A program made the translations under genes and the position numbers. From the NCBI GenBank assembly GCA_036502245.1, contig DASXYX010000068.1:4190-68189 (forward strand): a DNA stretch of 64,000 nt, in the 5' to 3' direction. Under the pieces are notes generated by a model that searched no databases, was not told the origin of the DNA, and saw nothing but the letters and a program-made list of their open reading frames with translations. Origin of the DNA: Verrucomicrobiia bacterium. Its GTDB lineage: Bacteria; Verrucomicrobiota; Verrucomicrobiia; Limisphaerales; UBA11358. Positions 60,541-64,000 of this stretch are shown piece after piece (within the stretch, counting starts at the first letter, position 1; every line of letters begins with the position of its first letter).

Positions 60541-61596
60541 ATGCTGGCTGCCCAGACCAAAGGGGCGAGGGCGGAGGTTGCCCATGCGCCAAATAGTGAA
60601 GACGCGACCCGTTCCTGGAAGAAAATCGTGGAACACGTTGACCCGTTCCTTCAAGCGGTCGGCAAACAACTGATCCAGCAGGTCAACGACTTCGATCCCA
60701 AAATCGTTCCCTACGCGCAATATGCCCTGAACGGCAGTGGGAAACACTTGCGTCCCACACTGGTGGCGCTTTCGGCCAATTCCATCGGCAAAGTTTCGCC
60801 ATCGCACGTTACGGCAGCTGTCATCATCGAAATGGTGCATCTGGCGACGCTGGTCCATGACGATGTGATGGATGAGGCGCAGATCCGCCGTGGCAAGCCG
60901 ACATTGGCGGCCACCTGGGGCAATGAAATCGCCGTCTTGTTCGGCGACTGCCTGTTTGCCCAGGCGTTGAAGCTCGCCGCGAGTTTTCCCACGCCCGAAG
61001 TGTGCCGCTCCGTTTCGATGGCTACGAACACGGTTTGTACCGGTGAAATTTTACAGACGCAGCATCGCCGCAATTTTGAATTGTCGCGCCTGGAATATTT
61101 CCGCGTGATTGAGATGAAAACGGCTGAATTATTCACACTTTCATGCGATCTGGCGGCGTTTTTGGGCGAGGCGAAACCCGACGAACGCCAGGCGTTGCGC
61201 CAGTTCGGCGCGGCGTTCGGCACGGCCTATCAGGTGTATGACGATTGTGTGGACCTGTTCGGAACCGAATCCGAAGCCGGCAAATCGTTGGGGACGGACC
61301 TGGCCAAAGGCAAATTGACATGGCCGCTGTTGCTGGCGTGGGAACGCGCGAATGCGAGCGACCGCCAGCGTTTGGAACAATTGATCCAGAACTGGCAACC
61401 GGACAACCTGCCGGTCGTGAACGAATTTCTTGCAAAATACGAGACCTTTGAGCCTTCACTGGAGGTCGTCGAAAAGTATTTGGAACAGGCGCGGCGGGCG
61501 TTGAATGCCTTGCCGAAAGGCACTGGCCGCAATGACCTGGTAAATCTGGCTGATTTTTTAGCGCAACAAATCGAGACTTTGGCTGTTTGTGTGTAG
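60541..61596 (+). CDS. Polyprenyl diphosphate synthase (trans-isoprenyl, long-chain type)
   Basis: GKHLRPTLV, first DDxxD in LVHDDVMDE, GKPT, and second DDxxD in YQVYDDCVD. A TTG alternative start lies at 60505. Confidence 0.85.
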   Translation: MLAAQTKGARAEVAHAPNSEDATRSWKKIVEHVDPFLQAVGKQLIQQVNDFDPKIVPYAQYALNGSGKHLRPTLVALSANSIGKVSPSHVTAAVIIEMVHLATLVHDDVMDEAQIRRGKPTLAATWGNEIAVLFGDCLFAQALKLAASFPTPEVCRSVSMATNTVCTGEILQTQHRRNFELSRLEYFRVIEMKTAELFTLSCDLAAFLGEAKPDERQALRQFGAAFGTAYQVYDDCVDLFGTESEAGKSLGTDLAKGKLTWPLLLAWERANASDRQRLEQLIQNWQPDNLPVVNEFLAKYETFEPSLEVVEKYLEQARRALNALPKGTGRNDLVNLADFLAQQIETLAVCV

Positions 61597-61599
61597 AGC

Positions 61600-62214
61600 A
61601 TGATTATGGCCGAACCCATTGAACGCACGGAGTCCACACCCGGGCCGGAAGAGGAAACATCGCTGGTGGCAAAAGCGCGCGATGGGAATTTGGCCGCATA
61701 CGACGAGCTTATTAAGCGCTATCAAGAGCGCATTTACGCCACCGTTTACCACATGACCTCGAATCATGAGGATGCCAATGATCTGGCGCAGGAATCGTTC
61801 ATCAAGGCTTACCAGGCGTTAAAATCATTCAAGGGCGGTTCGAGTTTTTACACGTGGCTGTATCGCATCGCGGTCAATAAAACCATCAATTTCCTCAAGC
61901 AACGCAAGAACCGCCAGCATTTGAGTCTCAACGACCTGGACTTTAATACGGAGCATAACCCGGACCTGGTGGCGTTGATTTCCGAGAAAACGCCGCGTCG
62001 CGACGCCGGGTTGACCGAGTTGCAACAAAAATTGAACGAGGCGTTGCTCAAGTTGTCTGAACCCCATAGACTGGTTGTCGTCCTGCACGATGTGCAAGGC
62101 CTCTCGCATGAAGAGATTGCGAAGGTAGCGGATTGCAATATCGGCACTGTGCGGTCGCGGTTGTTTTACGCGCGGCAGCAATTGCAGGCGATGCTGGCTG
62201 ATTACTTGAAATAG
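61600..62214 (+). CDS. ECF-type RNA polymerase sigma-70 family factor
   Basis: Region 2 (YDELIKRYQERIYATVYHMT...DLAQESFIKAY, FYTWLYRIAVN) and region 4 (HRLVVVLHDVQGLSHEEIAKVADCNIGTVRSRLFYARQQL). Confidence 0.85.
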   Translation: MIMAEPIERTESTPGPEEETSLVAKARDGNLAAYDELIKRYQERIYATVYHMTSNHEDANDLAQESFIKAYQALKSFKGGSSFYTWLYRIAVNKTINFLKQRKNRQHLSLNDLDFNTEHNPDLVALISEKTPRRDAGLTELQQKLNEALLKLSEPHRLVVVLHDVQGLSHEEIAKVADCNIGTVRSRLFYARQQLQAMLADYLK

Positions 62215-62227
62215 TGGAGTAGAAGTT

Positions 62228-62737
62228 ATGGACGAGAACGAAAATTTTGAGTCGTTGCGGCGGTTGATGGCGCTCAAGCGCCACGAAGTGCCGCCCCCGG
62301 GTTATTTTCACAATTTTTCCAGCGAAGTCATCGCGCGCATCAAATTGGGCGAGCATCGCTCGGCTGAAGCCGCGGAAACGCCATGGTTCCTCAGACTGCT
62401 CCAGATTTTTGACGCGAAGCCAGCTTTTGCCGGTGTTTTTGCCTCGTCCCTGTGCTTACTGCTGGTTTTCGGCATCGTGAATGCCGAACGCCCGGATATG
62501 CCGGTGGCCCAATCGCCCATGCTGATCCAAACGGCGGACAATAACGCGTCGGCTGCCAATCCCCCGGCAACAGTTTCACAAACGTCCCAGTCCGCCCAAT
62601 CCACGTTGGCGCTGAACAGCACGAATCCCATATTGGATTTGCAGGCCACAGCCCAGCAAGCGGTGCCGGTCAACGAATTGTTCAATCAGGGCGGCCCCTC
62701 GGTGCAGGACGCCAGCTTTACTCCACCGGGACAGTAA
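62228..62737 (+). CDS. Putative anti-sigma factor (single-pass membrane protein)
   Basis: Lies immediately downstream of the ECF sigma gene. One TM (FAGVFASSLCLLLVFGIV) between a short cytoplasmic N-terminus and a low-complexity C-terminus. Assignment is by position only. Confidence 0.5.
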   Translation: MDENENFESLRRLMALKRHEVPPPGYFHNFSSEVIARIKLGEHRSAEAAETPWFLRLLQIFDAKPAFAGVFASSLCLLLVFGIVNAERPDMPVAQSPMLIQTADNNASAANPPATVSQTSQSAQSTLALNSTNPILDLQATAQQAVPVNELFNQGGPSVQDASFTPPGQ

Positions 62738-62760
62738 GTAAGTTGTTATTAATTGGTTTG

Positions 62761-62795
62761 TGTGCGCGCTTGAATCAGGCGCGCACATTTCATTT
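62761..62795 (+). terminator. Rho-independent terminator-like hairpin
   Basis: 9-bp GC stem tgtgcgcgc-ttgaatcag-gcgcgcaca followed by tttcattt, downstream of the anti-sigma ORF. Confidence 0.5.
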
Positions 62796-62804
62796 AATCG
62801 GGCA

Positions 62805-63581
62805 GTGCCAACCAAGACCATCGCAGTCGCCAATCAGAAAGGTGGCGTCGGAAAAACCACCACCGCCGTAAATCTCGCCGCCTGCCTCGCCGCGCTCGGC
62901 AAGCGGGTCCTGCTCTTTGACCTCGATCCCCAGGCCAATGCCACTAGCGGCGTGGGCCTCGAAAAGATCGAAGGCGCCAGCGCCTACCGCGTCCTGCTCG
63001 GGGAAGGGGCGTTGCTGGACAAGATCAAGCCGACCAGTTTCGAGCGCCTGGAGATCATCCCCAGCGAGGTGGACCTGTGTGCGGCGGACCTGGAACTGGC
63101 CCGGACAGAGAATCATTTGCAGGCCGTTTCACGTTCGCTCCAGCCGGTTGTGGGCAGCGAGCGGTTCGACGTGATCCTGATCGATTGCCCGCCGTCGTTG
63201 GGCATCCTCACGCTCAATGCCTTCGCCGCCAGTGACGGCCTGCTGGTGCCGTTGCAATGCGAATATTACGCGCTGGAAGGCATTTCGATGATGACGCGTG
63301 TGCTCGGCCAGCTCCGCGATGCCGGCGTGAATCCGCGCCTCGACATTTTTGGCGTGGCGATGACGATGTTCGACAGCCGCACGAAATTGTCCAATGAAGT
63401 CGTCGGCGAAGTGCGGAATCAATTGGGCGCGAAGGTGTTCGAAACGACCATTCCGCGCACGACGAAGCTCGCCGAGGCCCCGAGCTTCGGCAAACCCATC
63501 ATCCATTACGACAAATACAGCGCCGGCGCAGCCGCGTATGAATTGCTGGCGCAGGAAGTGGCGAAGAGGTTGGCTGGTTGA
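62805..63581 (+). CDS. parA: ParA/Soj chromosome-partitioning ATPase
   Basis: Deviant Walker A in IAVANQKGGVGKTTTAVNLAA, plus LIDCPPSLG and IPRTTKLAEAPSFGKPI. GTG start chosen after the terminator hairpin. Confidence 0.9.
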   Translation: MPTKTIAVANQKGGVGKTTTAVNLAACLAALGKRVLLFDLDPQANATSGVGLEKIEGASAYRVLLGEGALLDKIKPTSFERLEIIPSEVDLCAADLELARTENHLQAVSRSLQPVVGSERFDVILIDCPPSLGILTLNAFAASDGLLVPLQCEYYALEGISMMTRVLGQLRDAGVNPRLDIFGVAMTMFDSRTKLSNEVVGEVRNQLGAKVFETTIPRTTKLAEAPSFGKPIIHYDKYSAGAAAYELLAQEVAKRLAG

Positions 63582-63593
63582 TAAATCTTCAAT

Positions 63594-64000
63594 ATGAAAA
63601 ACTTTCCCAAACTTCTATATGCCTCTTGCACACTGCTTTTTCTGGTTTGCGCCGGTTTACCCGTCGGAGCGCAGGTCGCCACCAATAATACTGCCGTGCC
63701 CAAGCGCCCCGTGATGCGCTTCACTGAGCCGGACCCGCTCGATTTCTCGAATCATGACGGCTACGTCTCTCTCTTTGACGGCCAAAGCCTCAAGGGATGG
63801 GATGGCAACCCGAAATTCTGGCGCGCGGAAGCCGGTTCTATCGTCGGCGAATCCACACCGCAAAATCCCTGCGGCAATACCTATCTGGTGTACCGGGACA
63901 TGAAGGCGAAGGACTTCACGTTGAAATTTGAGATGAAAATCGTCGGCAACGGTGGCAGCGGCTTTCAATATCGCAGCAAGACAGGCATACCGTGGCTGGT
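63594..64000 (+). CDS. Secreted DUF1080 (3-keto-disaccharide hydrolase-like) domain protein, 3' end outside window
   Basis: ATG at 63594 is open to the window end. Signal peptide. LFDGQSLKGWDGNPKFWRAEAGSIVGES...YLVY...KDFTLKFEMKI..GGNSG-like pattern of DUF1080. Confidence 0.7.
   Translation, partial: MKNFPKLLYASCTLLFLVCAGLPVGAQVATNNTAVPKRPVMRFTEPDPLDFSNHDGYVSLFDGQSLKGWDGNPKFWRAEAGSIVGESTPQNPCGNTYLVYRDMKAKDFTLKFEMKIVGNGGSGFQYRSKTGIPWL

Overview
The window is a gene-dense, GC-rich bacterial chromosomal segment. Gene content and the many short dispersed repeat families suggest a PVC-group, Verrucomicrobia-like genome; this is inference, and no database search was possible. All family names come from motifs read in the supplied translations.

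Features in order:
- secA 3' end and an orphan DUF2442 gene.
- A tightly packed metal-uptake/Ton locus: ZIP transporter, small Cys/His protein, TonB-dependent receptor, TonB, ExbB, two ExbD genes and a coupled coiled-coil protein. A perfect 21-bp palindrome abuts the ZIP start codon.
- An AT-rich two-gene islet (three-Cys DUF5131/Gp37-Gp68-like protein plus TcmP-like partner).
- A secreted YHYH protein followed by a fused MbnP-like/di-haem peroxidase.
- Two large hybrid sensor kinases. One is 2179 aa and carries 12 tandem 276-bp di-HAMP coding repeats.
- Housekeeping genes: yajC, secDF, terC-family, recJ, ispD, an S41 peptidase, tsaD and an aminotransferase.
- An IS200-like Y1 transposase flanked by inverted REP hairpins (RAYT-like).
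- A GT28-PHP fusion protein.
- A ParE/RelE-type toxin-antitoxin cassette bracketed by a 66-nt duplication of the ykgJ 3' end, then hrpB.
- A VapBC pair beside an AT-rich membrane-protein gene.
- An NtrC-type regulator, lipA, a polyprenyl synthase, an ECF sigma/anti-sigma pair, parA and a partial DUF1080 gene.

No rRNA, tRNA or CRISPR array was recognised.

Most notable observations:
- The uncharacterised DUF5131-TcmP islet is the best candidate for an undescribed nucleic-acid modification or defence module.
- Two REP/MITE-like elements sit in frame inside the conserved genes tsaD and hrpB.
- The RAYT has inverted REP flanks.
- The toxin-antitoxin cassette has duplicated gene-end flanks.
- The poly-HAMP kinase has a large tandem coding repeat array.
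- The MbnP-MbnH fusion places substrate-like and enzyme-like domains in one polypeptide.
- A composite non-coding module is repeated in two divergent promoter regions.
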